Notes under the pieces: generated by a model | Told to the model about the DNA's origin: nothing | Databases searched by the model: none | Seen by the model: the letters and a program-made list of their open reading frames with translations, nothing else | Program-made: the position numbers and the translations under genes | Part shown: in pieces, positions 19,041-31,850 of the stretch | How positions within the stretch are numbered: position 1 is the stretch's first letter | How the letters are laid out: every line of letters begins with the position of its first letter | Source: the human T2T-CHM13v2.0 reference genome, Homo sapiens | DNA length: 64,000 nucleotides | NCBI RefSeq assembly: GCF_009914755.1 | Contig: NC_060933.1 | Reading direction: 5' to 3' (one strand)

Positions 19041-20142
19041 AAAGTAAAGACATGCACACTCAGACCTAGGCATGTGTCTACCTGACAGGTAACCCAAGTG
19101 GATGAGTCTATAGAGCTCTTCAGTATCAAGCATCCATTGATGTTGTACATGATTAACAACAGAAAGGATTCTCCTGATTAGCCACTTGATAGATGTAATC
19201 ATTCATCTGCAGGTGTTTAATTTTGATAACAACTCAAAATTTGTTTTCTACTACCAACCATCTGTAATGAAATCCCAGCTCCCCAAGGTCATTATCTGCA
19301 TGAGGGATCTGTCTGACACTTGTATCCAATCTGTCACTTTCTAAAAATTGAGGAATGATGTGCAATTTAGCTGATTATGGGTTTCAGTGGTTAGGAAGCT
19401 GAAAGACAGTAAGAATCTTATCCTTTGAGCCCAATTTCCCAGTTGCTGAAGTTGTGGCTTTGGCTAGATCATTTAGTGACAAGAACCATAGAATTCTAGA
19501 AGTGGAAGGATTCTCTAAGGTGTTTTCCAAAGTGTGGGATACCTATTACAGGTGGAACAAAGGTGATTTGATCCATTCAAAGCATAAAGTTAAAGAAATT
19601 AAAATTAAATAACTGCCCTTTCTGATTCAGTTCTTTTTCCATCCTTCTGATTGCAACAAGAAGAAAATCTGATTTTTAGTGCTTTCCTGCCTTTAACAGC
19701 TCCCCAACACTTGTAGATCTCCCCTTTTAATGAAGAAAAGATATTAGGTCTCATGCCTTTGGCAAAAAGAGTTTAATAACATTGTTTTAAATAAGATCCC
19801 ACAAAACATTTGATGTGTCTGTAGCACGTCATGGTTTAACATACACAATGGACTTCACAGATAATCTCATAACAATCTATGAGGCAAGTGGGATTAATTT
19901 CATTTTGCAGAAGAGAAAACTATGCCCTAAGGAGGTTAAATGATTTGTGCTAAGTCATACTGCTTGATTACCTCACTGTTTGAGTTGAGCCTATTGACTT
20001 CAGCCTTGCCCCATGGTGTTGCTCTTCCTGATTATATTCTAAGTCTTTCATAGTTTCCTAATCCGTATCAGGGATGATAAGGGGGAACACTAAATGAAGA
20101 TAATCACAAAGTGCATTAAGTAGTTTGAAGGGTATATTTGCA

Positions 20143-20454
20143 GGCCGGGTTTGGTGGCTTATGCCTGTAATCCCAGCACTTTGGAAGCCAGAGGCGGGTG
20201 GATCACTTGAGGTCAGGAGTTCAAGGCCAGCCTGGCCAACATATTGAAACCCCACCTCTACTAAAAATTCAAAAATTAGCCAGGCATGGTGGCATGTGCC
20301 TGTAATCCCAGCTACTCAGAGGCTGAGGTGTGGGGATTGCTTGAGCCTAGGAGGCAGAAGTTGAAGTGAACTGAGATCACGCATCACTGCACTCCAGCCT
20401 GGGCAGCAAAGCACGACTCCATCTCAAAAAACAAAAACAAAAAACAAAAAACAA
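20143..20454 (+). mobile_element. AluS
   Basis: Full Alu, A/C-rich tail, TSD gtatattt. Confidence 0.92.
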
Positions 20455-21604
20455 GTATATTTACTTCTAATTTTTCATAAGTATTTGCTCTGCTGAACTA
20501 GATTTCTTCTGTTTGGGTACAAAGGCTTACTCTATCTTCTCTGAAGATCCTTTCTTATTTTGTAACCATGTTCCTTAGGATATATGGAAGCCTGCTTTCT
20601 TAAAATTATTATTGTCTAGTTCTTCCCATCTTTTTCTGTGCAACATTGGAGTGATTTAAAATTTTTTACTGTAATAGTTAATCATCATAAAAATTAGAGA
20701 TGAGCCTATTTTAGATTTCTTTTTATGGCACTAGAATATTGATTGAAAATTTCTTGACATCAAAATACGGTCATAGTATTATGTGAAATTTTTATTTTAG
20801 AACTGAGCCTTGACAAAGTCATCTTATTTATGGAAACTGTTAATTTGTGGCTTTGTATCTACCCATGTTATTTTTGGTACATCTCAAATTAGAGGGTTTT
20901 GTGATAGGAGGTGTAGTCATTGAAGTGAGGCAGATCTCTATACTATGGCATTTGTGTCTCCATTTAAATGCTGTACTTATGATCTGGAGCTTTGTAGATG
21001 AGTCACAGAGTAATTTAAAATAGGCCAATGTTCAGCCAGTGCTCAGGGTAACCATCAAAACGCCCCACAGTTTGCTATTAGTATTCTGTTCAAATGCTCT
21101 CAATATAACCCACACATACAAATATATTTCTCAGAATGAATTTAATTACCTGCAAATTACCTGCAATATTAGAGTTTTGTTCCTAGATTTAAAAATTAGG
21201 AAATGCATTTAGAATTCAATGGGAATCTAAGAGCTAACCTTAGGTTAATGACTTTCAAGGAAGAGCCCTTCCTGTGACCCCCATAGATATTTTCTATTAG
21301 TTTATTCAGACACAGTATGAGAAAATTTTAGCTATATAAAAAAACTTGTTAATAACACCACAATTTGGCACTTAAAAGACACAATCACCCACAGAATATC
21401 TAATTCTCTAAAGAAAAATGAAATTTTATCATTTGCTAGAAGCCAAATTACTAAATGTTATATTAAGAGCACATAAAGTTGCATGTCTTGCCTGAGGTCA
21501 CAGAGAATGGCATATTTTTCTCCTGCTTTTTTTGTAAAAGTTGCCACTTCCTCCCCAAATGTCATGACTCTGGTAACATGACAAGTAACACCATGATTCT
21601 TCCC

Positions 21605-21845
21605 AGAGAGGCAGGAAGCATTGTTAACAACAGCATTATGGCCACCAGGGCCAGGCTGTCTGGATTTAAGCTGTTACCTGTTGGCTGTGTGATCTTTTGT
21701 AAGTTAGTGTTGATGTTCTATTTTTCATATATGTAAAATGGGAACTATAATAGTACTTATCTCATAGGCTTGTGAATATTAAATGAGTTAAGCTTTGTAA
21801 AAGGCTTAGAAAAGTGCCTGACACATAGCAAGTCCTGCACAAGCG
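21605..21845 (+). mobile_element. MIR
   Basis: tgtaaaatgggaactataatagtacttatctcatagg...attaaatgagttaa. Confidence 0.75.
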
Positions 21846-22280
21846 TATGCATTATTCAGAGAGTCCTACGATGCTTTTTAGGAAAGAGTCACTGACGTAT
21901 TCCTTCTCACGAAGTAGCACAACTAGTGGGCCAGGGCCTCTATGTACAATGCAGAGTTCTCTCCTGGCGTTAACAGTGCTCTGCACATCTGGTGAGTCCG
22001 GTGGTGTAAGGCTGGAGAAATAACTTTCCCACTTTAGAGAGGTCAGAGACCACCAGTTCTTTCCTATGTTTGGGAAATGGAGATACTTAGCAGCTTTAGG
22101 AGGCTTAATTATAGTAGAGTCTTGCAAACACTCCATGCAGACATCTGCTTGCTCATTCATTCATTCATTCAACAAACAATATTCATGCCTTCTGTGTGCC
22201 AGGCACTAAGTTAAATATAGAGATATAAATAATATTCAGTTCTAGCCTCAAGGAACTGAAAAAGTTGTATGCCATGTATT

Positions 22281-22900
22281 CTGTAATTGATGGGTATTAC
22301 CCTCCAAAATTTATTTATGTAAAACAGCACTTATTTGTTGTGTTGATAATTTTGTGGGTCAAGAATTTAGGCAGGCACAATGGGGATGGCTCATTTTTCT
22401 CCAGCATACCTAGGGCCTCAACTGGAATAGCTGGAATGGCTGATGAAGACTACAATAGCTCAACTGTGGCCATATGTTTGGGGCCTCAATTCTGTTCCAT
22501 GTGGCATCTGTTGAGGCTAGAATATCCAAGATGGCTTTCTTACTTCCAAGTCTGGTACCTGGCCTGGTCTGGCTAAAAGAGCTGAGGGTTGGCTTGCATT
22601 GCTCTTTCCCTGCTGGTTGCAGGGTAGATGGACTTCTTACACGGAAGCTGGCTTCTCTTAAAATGAGGGTTCCAAGAGAGAGCATTCAAAGCGACTCAGG
22701 CAGAAACTACAAGGCTTGTTGGGACTTAACCTCAGAAGTCCTAGCATGTCACTTTCTTGTACTTGATTATTGTAACAAGTCACTAAAAGTAGGCCAGAAT
22801 CAAGAAGATGGAAGGAATAGACTTCACCTCTTGATGACAGCATAAATATACACTGAAGGAATATATTAATGGTGATCATCTTGGAGACAAGCAATGATAT
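22281..22900 (-). mobile_element. Old MLT1-family MaLR LTR
   Basis: gtgggtcaagaatttaggcagg...cctcagaagtc...cacctcttgatg motifs. Confidence 0.65.
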
Positions 22901-23419
22901 CAAGTGATTCTGTTCAGATGAGGCATAAACTGCTCTTTTCCATATTTTGGTGATAAACAGCCTCAATTGCCTTACTTTGAATTTTCTCTTCTAACAGATC
23001 ATTATAATGAGAACCACCATTTCCTTTAAAGTAATACTCCAACTATTCATAAATATTTCTAAAATATTATTACTGATTTGTGCATAGAACCTACAAATAG
23101 TTTCTCCTTTTGATCCAGCTGCCTATTTACATTTATTTGGCATTTAGTGTGTACCAGGTATTTCTTTTAGGCCTTGGTGCCTGGCCAGAGACTTTTTTTT
23201 CCATGGATACTATCATCACATTTTGTGCCTGTTAAATGCTGCATATAAGGGACATCTTCAGTAATATGTGTGTATGCTTGGGTCAGCCCTTAAGGCCCAG
23301 TTTAAGTCACCACCAAAAACAGTTTTTTTTTTCTTGATGTCTTAATTTCACTTTGGGGTCTGTTTGGAGAGATAAAGCAACAGCAGCACCTGTTGATGTT
23401 GCCAATTTCTGCTAGAAAC

Positions 23420-23762
23420 TATCTTTTCTTTTTTTTTTTAAACTCAAAGAATGTTTGGAAATGATTGGGCCAGGTGTGGTGGCTCACATCGATAATCCCA
23501 GTGCTTTGGGAGCCTGAGGCAGCAGGATTGCTTGAGGCCAGGAGCAAGAAGTGAATTGGCCACCCAACTCAAAAATGTATATTTGATTCTGTTTCTGGAT
23601 ACTACTTTATTCCCCCTTTGAATTGCTTTATTTACTAGTGAGGGACCTGAGACAGGTTATTTGATCTCTTTAAGGCTTCATCTTCTCATCTGTTAAATAA
23701 GGGTAGTGTATGTCTTTTTAGGTCCATGTATTTTGGAAAAAGAGATCATGCATGGAAAGCAC
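23420..23762 (+). repeat. Diverged local duplicate of 24909-25116 + 25451-25589 (includes a truncated Alu monomer and a MIR piece)
   Basis: Direct visual alignment; roughly 85% identity by eye. Confidence 0.9.
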
Positions 23763-24225
23763 AAAATTTGACTTCCTAAAATATTTTTCCAGTTTTCCTC
23801 ATTCTCTATCTACTTTGGTTTTCATCCTCATCATATCTTATTCAGATGATACCAACAGACTGCTAATTGGTTTCTTCTCTATCCTCCTCCAGTCCATTTC
23901 CCAGTGTTAATTAAATGGTTCTACAGAGCAGACATGATTCTATTGCATCCTTCTTAAACCCCTGCAATAGCTTTCCATCACAAGCAAGATAACATCTCTA
24001 CTTGCATACAGAATTTAAGATTTGTCTATGGTCTTGCTCCACAGCTAGGCTCATCTCCTGCCACTCTGTCACACATATCCCATAAATACTGAATCTCCCA
24101 AGCCCACCAGACTCTTGCATGCCTCTATATCTTCAGCTTGCTATATCTGCTACTTGGACTATTCTGTAGTCCTGACCTCATCACTCAAAACTCATCATTT
24201 AAAACTCAGCTCAAACTTCACCTCC

Positions 24226-24325
24226 TTTTTCTTTTTTCATCTTTTATTTTAGAATCAGGGGGTACACATGGAGGTTTGTTACAAGGGTATATTGCACGTT
24301 TCTGAGCTTTGGAGTACGGATGATC
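24226..24325 (-). mobile_element. Short 3' end of an older primate L1 (L1PB/late L1PA-like)
   Basis: T-rich tail + cagggggtacacatggaggtttgttacaagggtatattgca. Confidence 0.7.
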
Positions 24326-24364
24326 AAGATTCAGTTGTAAGACTATTAAGCTTTAGTGAAGACA

Positions 24365-24480
24365 TGCTAAAAAATTCACTTGATTTAATCGTCCCACAAT
24401 GTAAACATATATCAAGACATTGCAGTGTATCCCATGTTATTTGTCAATTAAAAATAAAATTTAAGAAAATTAAAAAAAAT
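24365..24480 (+). mobile_element. L1MA-like 3' end
   Basis: cttgatttaatcgtcccacaatgtaaacatatatcaa...ttatttgtcaattaaaaataaa. Confidence 0.65.
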
Positions 24481-26979
24481 CACCCTCATCTCCTATGTGA
24501 AAGGCTCTGATTACTGCTCCCTTGGTGCTCTCAAACCACTTGATATATATTTCTATGATTATTTTATTGCATGGAAATTATTTGTTTGTCTTACTCTAGT
24601 AGATGATGAACTTTTTGAAGCAGTGATTGTTTCTTTATTCTGCATGTGCCTTAAGTTCTAGAAGAGTGCTTGGTTCAATGTTAGCTATAGAAGAATCTTT
24701 GTGGATTGAGACTGAGTAGCTGCTTGCTTTAGGTGGGTGACCAGGCGGTCTCCCCCATGCCTCTTTGTCCTCATGGTGGGATGTACTTCAAGCCTATTTG
24801 GGAGAATGGGAGATATGGCATAAAGTTTTACAATCCAGCAATTTGGTTTTCTTGATCCTTTTCCTTTTAATCAGATTATCTCTAAGAAATATTATTGGTC
24901 TCTATCTTTATCTTTCTCTTGTTGTTTAAACTCAAAGGGTGTTTAGAAATGATTGGGCCAGTGGTGGCTCACACCTATAATCCCAGCACTTTGGGAGGCT
25001 GAGGTGGCAGGATTGCTTGAGGCCAGGAATTCAAGAAGTGAACTGGCTGCCCAACTCAAAAACATATATTTGGTTCTATTTCTGGATACTACCTCATCCC
25101 TCCTTTGAATTGCTTTGTAGCTCTTGTCAGGAACAGACAGATTCTTATTCATTTGCATCTCCCCCATAATGCTTAGGGCAACATCTTGCCCATAGAAGTT
25201 CTCAATAGCTGTTTGGGGATGTTAAGAGTTTCAATGATATCAAGGTAATTTCCCTCACTTAGATGTTGGTGGTTTTGACAACACAAAGTAATTATATCAC
25301 ATAAAAACCAACACAACATACATCTACATTTTTTCAACTAGTTCCAAGTCATACATTGAAGTGGTGAGGCCAGTTTCACAATCTGCTATAGGAGATGGAA
25401 TGACATAGTTAAGATGCTATGGTATGGTGCCTTTGGCTGTAATACAGCTCCTTTATTTACCAGTGAGGGATCTGAGACAGGTTATTTGATCTCTTTAAGC
25501 CAATATCTCCTCATCTGTTAAATAAGGGTAGTATATGTCTTTTTAGGTTGATGTATTTGGGAAAAAAAGAGATCATGTATGGAAAGCACCTGGCACTGTT
25601 CCTGGCACATAGGTGTTAAATAATTGGCAGTTGTTATTATTAAGAACATTAGGGGCTTTTGCACCTACAGGAAATCCCAATGATGCCTAGCTCAGAGCTG
25701 AAGCAAGGTAACCGGCATGCATATTAGCTGGAGGAGTCCATCCCTACGGGGGAGATAGATTTCAGTAATTCTATGAAATTCGGATGAAGTAGGCCTGTGA
25801 ATAGGATGGGAAAGGCCACATTTCAAAGCCACTTAGCTGGGGTATCAGTGCGGACAGCTCATTAGCTCTTGGATCATATTCATCAAAAGTCATGCAAACT
25901 AGGGTTGCTAAGATGCCTTGAAACCATTACGCTCAGATAATTTTATGCCATCCTGAACTCAAACGGGTGTTAGGATAAGAATTCATACTTGGCTGCAACC
26001 TCCTACTTTAATATTTTTGAAGTCTGTATGTTCTAGAGAAGGCACAAATCAGCAAATTCTACTGAGAGATTTGATATTTAGGATAAAAGAATGATACGGT
26101 TTTAGAGCAACCATTCTATGGATGAAGGATCCAAGGTCTGTGAAGGTGAACTGATTTGCTTAAGATGATATAGCTGGTAAGCATTAGAGCTGGATTTAGA
26201 AGCCAAGAGAATCAGGCTTCTCTTGTTTGTTATTTTTTCTTCATTCTCTTCATTCTTTTCCTTCTTTCTTTCCTTCCTTCTTTACTTCCCTTTTCCTTCT
26301 CTCCTTCCCTTCCCTCTTCTTTCCTTGTTCTCACCTTAGACTCCTGAGCCAGCTATGGTAAAACAGAAGGCTCTGATACATATCAAAAAGGAAACTGAAG
26401 GTGGGTGGTGTGGTGGGGGTGAAAGTGGTAAGAAAGGTATTTAGTCCCTTCTATAAGACAAGCTTTGTGCTGTGCATTTTACACATGGCATTTCATCAGA
26501 CAGATTAAGAAAATCCTCACCAGGCTGTAAATCCTTGGATACCTGGACTGTGCATATAATCTCTTCTCCCCTCCCCTCAGTGCTAATCAAGGTGCAGAAG
26601 ACAGAGGCTTTTCTGCCACCGCTTATCTTGATCTCCCTTACTCTGCTTTCTTACCCCATAGCATATATCTTCTAAAATATTATATAATGTGTTTATGGAT
26701 TGTGTTTATTACTTTTGTCTATCTAACCCTGCTAAAATAAAGGCTCCACAAAGGCAGGGATTTTTGTCTATTTGGTTTACTAGTGTATTTTTGCCAGTGC
26801 CTAGAATAGTGCCTGGAACATAGTAGGTGTTCAAAAAATATCTATCGAATGACTAAATACATAATGCTGACTGGAGGAAAGAATATAATTAAAAACAGGG
26901 AAAATGTCAAATAATATTTGAGATCTATCAGACATTCAAGGCTTCTCAGTTTGGTGGAAACCAACTGCAGAAATGCTAG

Positions 26980-27490
<511 letters not shown>

Positions 27491-28969
27491 GAGACAGGCA
27501 GGGCTGCCAAACTCTCCATCTTAGGCAGGGACAAGTGGGACATTTAGATGAAAAATCCTGAACAATGTTGGCTGTGTCTCTGTCATGTCTCTTCTTTCCT
27601 TTGCCTTTGGTTATGAATGTGCACAACAGTAGAAGTGAAGTGCTGCCAAAGGATACAGGGACTGCCACATGTCAGGTGGATTCTCTGCTGCCAACATTGG
27701 AAGGAAATCACACTCTCTGAGTTCATTCCAAGTGCAATCCCATCAGCGAATATTGCCATAGCCCAGGCAAGAGGAAAAGTCAAATTTTTTTTATTGTTTT
27801 AGGACCCATATAAAAGACAGAATCCGAGCTGGACTGAATTTTTGGGGCCTCCAGGCAGACTACAACACTGGCCTCCTGCAATTGACTGGTCTTACACATT
27901 GGTGCAACACTTACTCACAGGAGAAGTTACCCAGCATATGAGAGAAGGGAGAGAAGATGGAATCTGGGTGCCACTTCCTCTGCTGTCTGGAAAGCTCAGC
28001 TCTGGGGCAAGCAAAATAAACCTCCTGCAGTTACTGGGTCCCACCTTCTTAGAGGACAACATGGTATAGCTGCTAAGGGCCTAAGCTCCAGCTCCAGTCA
28101 GTCTGGGCTGACCACTCTCTAGCTTTGAGATATTTAGCAAATTACCTAACCTTTCTGTCCTCAATTTCCTCATTTATAAAATAGGGATAATAATTATAGC
28201 CACCTCATGATGTTTATGAAATAAAGTGCCTAGATCAGGCTGATGCATGTAGAAGCTCTAAAAAATATTAATTTCAAATTTTTGAGCATGCTGCTGGGGA
28301 GAGGGTCAGAGGTGTGGGAAAAGGGGAGGGATAAGTTTAAATTCTCTTTCAAAGTAATTTATCAAAATATTCCTTTTATTCTTCTCTATGAAACACTGGG
28401 ACAAATATAAGTGTCTCTATTTTTGTTACATGTTTATGATAGATTTCTAGTTTTTCAAAAAAATTTCTCAAGCATTTTTCATAGGCAATTGCTCAATTAG
28501 CTTGTCTCTCAGTCCAGATCCAAGCAGTAACCTACACTAAAGCATTTCTCGTTCTTCATCTCCTGTGTATTATGTCTGTGTGGAAAGGCTCATATGATGG
28601 ATAACTTAAACACTGTTGTGCCTTGCAGAGTCGACGAAAAAATGGACCATTTCCTTTGTTCTATCTTCCAGACAGCTGGATGTCTTATTTTTCCTGTTGG
28701 TTTCATGATTCGATGCACTACGTGATGATTGCCTGGTAGTCTTATAGCTACAGGGGTATCTATAAGATTTTGGCTTTATTTCAGTTCATGAAATAACAAA
28801 TAAATTCATGGCATGTTGACTCCAAATTCCTATCTTTGCCTCAGCAGACATTGTTAATCTATCACAGTACGCTTTCTTCTGCACTGAGATGCAATCTTAG
28901 AATCATATTAATACATCATTCCAGGAAGCCTCTACCAATTTATTGGAGTTGACACTCAGATTTAAACTA

Positions 28970-29398
28970 CAGTTTACCCTTGAACAACAGGGGTTTGAAC
29001 TGTGCGGGTTCACTTACACTCTAATTTTTTTTCTTCCTCTGCCACCCCTGAGATAGCAAGACCAACCCCTCCTCTTCTTCCTCCTCCTCTTCAGCCTATT
29101 CAATATGAAAACGACAATGATGAAGACCTTTATGATGATCTCTTCCACTTAATGAATAGTAAATATATTTTCTCTTCCTTATGGTTTTCTCAATATTTTC
29201 TTTTCTCTAGCTTACTTTATTGTAAAAATATATTATACATGTAACATACAAAATATATGTTGATATGTTACTAGTAAGGCTTTTGGCCAATGATGAACTA
29301 TTAGTAGTTACGTTTTTGGGAAGTCAAAAGTTATACATGGATTTTTGACCACATGGGGGGTTGGCAACTCTAACCTCATGTCATTCAAGGGTCAACTG
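28970..29398 (+). mobile_element. Tigger2a
   Basis: TA-cagtttacccttgaacaac ... ttcaagggtcaactg-TA inverted termini, ~430 bp. Confidence 0.88.
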
Positions 29399-30486
29399 TA
29401 TTTGTCATCAATGCATTAGAGATAATAAAATCTCAAATTTACTATCAAATGGCAAAAACCAAGGAGATGATAGGCTTAAACAACTCCAAATTTTAAGTTT
29501 GTCTCCAAGACACTGAATCATGGTTCTATGGATTTAGAGGAATGGATTATTTACTGCTTACTCAAGACTTTTAGAGGTTTATGCTCATGAATGGACACTT
29601 GCTTTGCATGGAATATCCCAAGAAAACATAATAAATATGTACATCGACTCTAAGAGAGTTGTCCAACAATTAGGATAGTGCAAAAAGATGTTATTGAAAC
29701 TGAATGGAGACTTTTCTAGACAACAGTAGTGCAGACTTGAGTTAATCTTGAAATCCTACTTTAATGCATTTTTAGTGTTTCTCTGACTGAAGAAGCTTTT
29801 ATAGCATGTGTTCACTGCTCTATATAGTTTTCATAAATCCTGTGGTCCGTGACCAACATCTGAGAATTGCATGAGGAATCTGGAGAAAATCCATTAAAAA
29901 CATCCCAAACATTATTTATTATTAATAATACCACTAGGTAAGGCATTAATCCACTGTATCCCTAGCAGCTGTAGATCCTAATGTCAGCCAGGTTGATTCA
30001 GAATCTATTTCCTCTAAAGGAAAGGAATGAAACACCAGTACATTTTATTATTTGCACCTCACTCAGATAAATTTGTGGGTTTTAAAGCCCTTACTACATC
30101 TTTTTGTGAGAGAGGCTAGTTTGTGAAACTTCAGAGAAAAATTTACTAGAAATTAAATGGGTAAAGAAATGCATTTGTGCATCTCATGGTAAGGCAGAGA
30201 AGCCTTGTGACAGCAGGAAGTGCTTGGAGAACAGTGGGGAGGACAGCTCCATTGGGTTGTAGGGTGAATGGAAGGTTTGTTGAGTGAGAGCTGGCTCTAG
30301 AGAAAAGCTGGGGCCAGGATACAGTGGATCTTGAGTCCAAGCAAAGGAATGTGATCTTGACCTGTAGGTCAGGGGTCTTCAATGGAGTTTCACAAAGAAG
30401 CCCCCGGAATTTTGAGGAGGAGCTCCACAGCTGCCTCAGAGCTGCCTTTGTAGGTGAGAGCCAGGCAGAAAGGAGGCCCTAGGAAA

Positions 30487-30965
30487 ATAGTTCTGAAAGT
30501 ATCGTCTCTGGACCAAAAGCATAGCATCGCCTAAGTATTCCTTTGAAATGCAAATTACCTGACCTCAACCAGATTTATTGAATTAGAAAATCTGGGGGTG
30601 GAGCCAGCAATTGTGAGATTTTTTTTTTTGTAGTTTTTTCCTCTTATTTTAAAAAATGCATATCTAATTGACAAAAATTGTATGTATTTATGGTATTTAT
30701 GGTATGTTTTGATATGTGTATACACTGTGGAATGGCTAGATCAAGCTAATTAACATATGCATTAACTCACATACTTTCATTTTATTATGGTGAGAAAACT
30801 TGAAATCTATTCTCAGCAATTTTCAAGTATACAATATATTGTTATTGACTATAGTCCCCATGATGTACGATACATCTCCTCAACTCGTTCCTCCTGTATA
30901 GCCATTTATTTTCACAAGCCCTCTGGGTGATTCTGATGCAGAATAAAATTTGAGAATCATGGTCT
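30487..30965. mobile_element. MER5A split by an L1MA 3' end (about 30618-30898, minus)
   Basis: gaaatgcaaatt...ctgggggtggagccagcaa[L1MA]caagccctctgggtgattctgatgca...tttgagaa. Confidence 0.7.
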
Positions 30966-31254
30966 AGGCCTCCTATCCCAGCTTTGACAGAGTAAACCCG
31001 CACCTTGTCTGTATTACATATTGCACCTCTACCTGAGATTTCACTTGAGGAAGAATTCAAGGACTTTAAAAAAGTAAAAATCAATCAAGACAAGTGGGAG
31101 GTTAGGACTCTTTAAAGGCTGTTCATTCCAACTGTAAAGTCGAAGGAAGCTGGGGTAGGACACTGCAGATGCTGAGCTTCCAATGCTGGCCCCTGGAACC
31201 CTGCCTCTCAGCTGAGAGGACCGTCATTCGCCATCAACTAGCACCATTTCACTT

Positions 31255-31318
31255 CTAAATACCTTTGCTTTCCTCTTCCTTTTTTCTTTCTCTTTTTAGA
31301 TTGGTTATATATTTTGAG
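31255..31318 (-). CDS. TRPM3: Candidate alternative terminal/poison exon of TRPM3 (GSKYITNLKRERKKEEESKGI*)
   Basis: U-rich acceptor ...tttcttttgcaaatcatttttttgactag|CTCAAAA. Open for 20 full codons in the phase left by the 175-nt exon, then TAG at 31257-31255. Optional donor AAG|gtattt. Confidence 0.5.
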
Positions 31319-31679
31319 CTAGTCAAAAAAATGATTTGCAAAAGAAACAAGGAAATAAGTAAACTGAATGCCCTTAAAAACTCCATGTAAATAAAAATAC
31401 TAAGCAATAAATCTGTCAGTCCTGTCAAAATGAGTATTTTTATGGCACAGCTTGCTTTTCAGGGAAGAATGTTCAAGTCTGATAGACGTTTGGAACAAAG
31501 TACAGCTGTGGGAAAGAGAGAAATGTGGTGATTGATGGTAAATATGTTTTTCAAGTCAACTGGGTTTCAAAGACAAAATTTGGCAGAAGGTACAGAGGGC
31601 TTGTGGTAACAACGCAGTGACTTGTGAGGAGAATGCAGGTGAGGCCCAGAAACCAAGGAAGGTATTTTTGAAAACATCA

Positions 31680-31850
31680 GAGAAGTGTGGACCATAGGCC
31701 ACTCTCAATGGAATCACCTGGGGTTTGGGTTTCATATACAGTTTCGTGGGCCCCACCCCACGTGCATCAAAGTCAGGATATTTAGGGGGAGCTGGATCTC
31801 CCAAAGCTCTCTAGGTGATTCTCAGACATGCTGAAGTTTGATAACCACGT
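31680..31850. mobile_element. MER5-family fragment
   Basis: gaatcacctgggg...aggtgattct...aagtttgataaccac. Confidence 0.55.

Noticed and set aside
25113-25454. Segment missing from the duplicate interpreted as a spliced intron (retrocopy)
   Set aside because: No register gives GT..AG or GC..AG on either strand. CTTT microhomology explains the junction, and there is no TSD.
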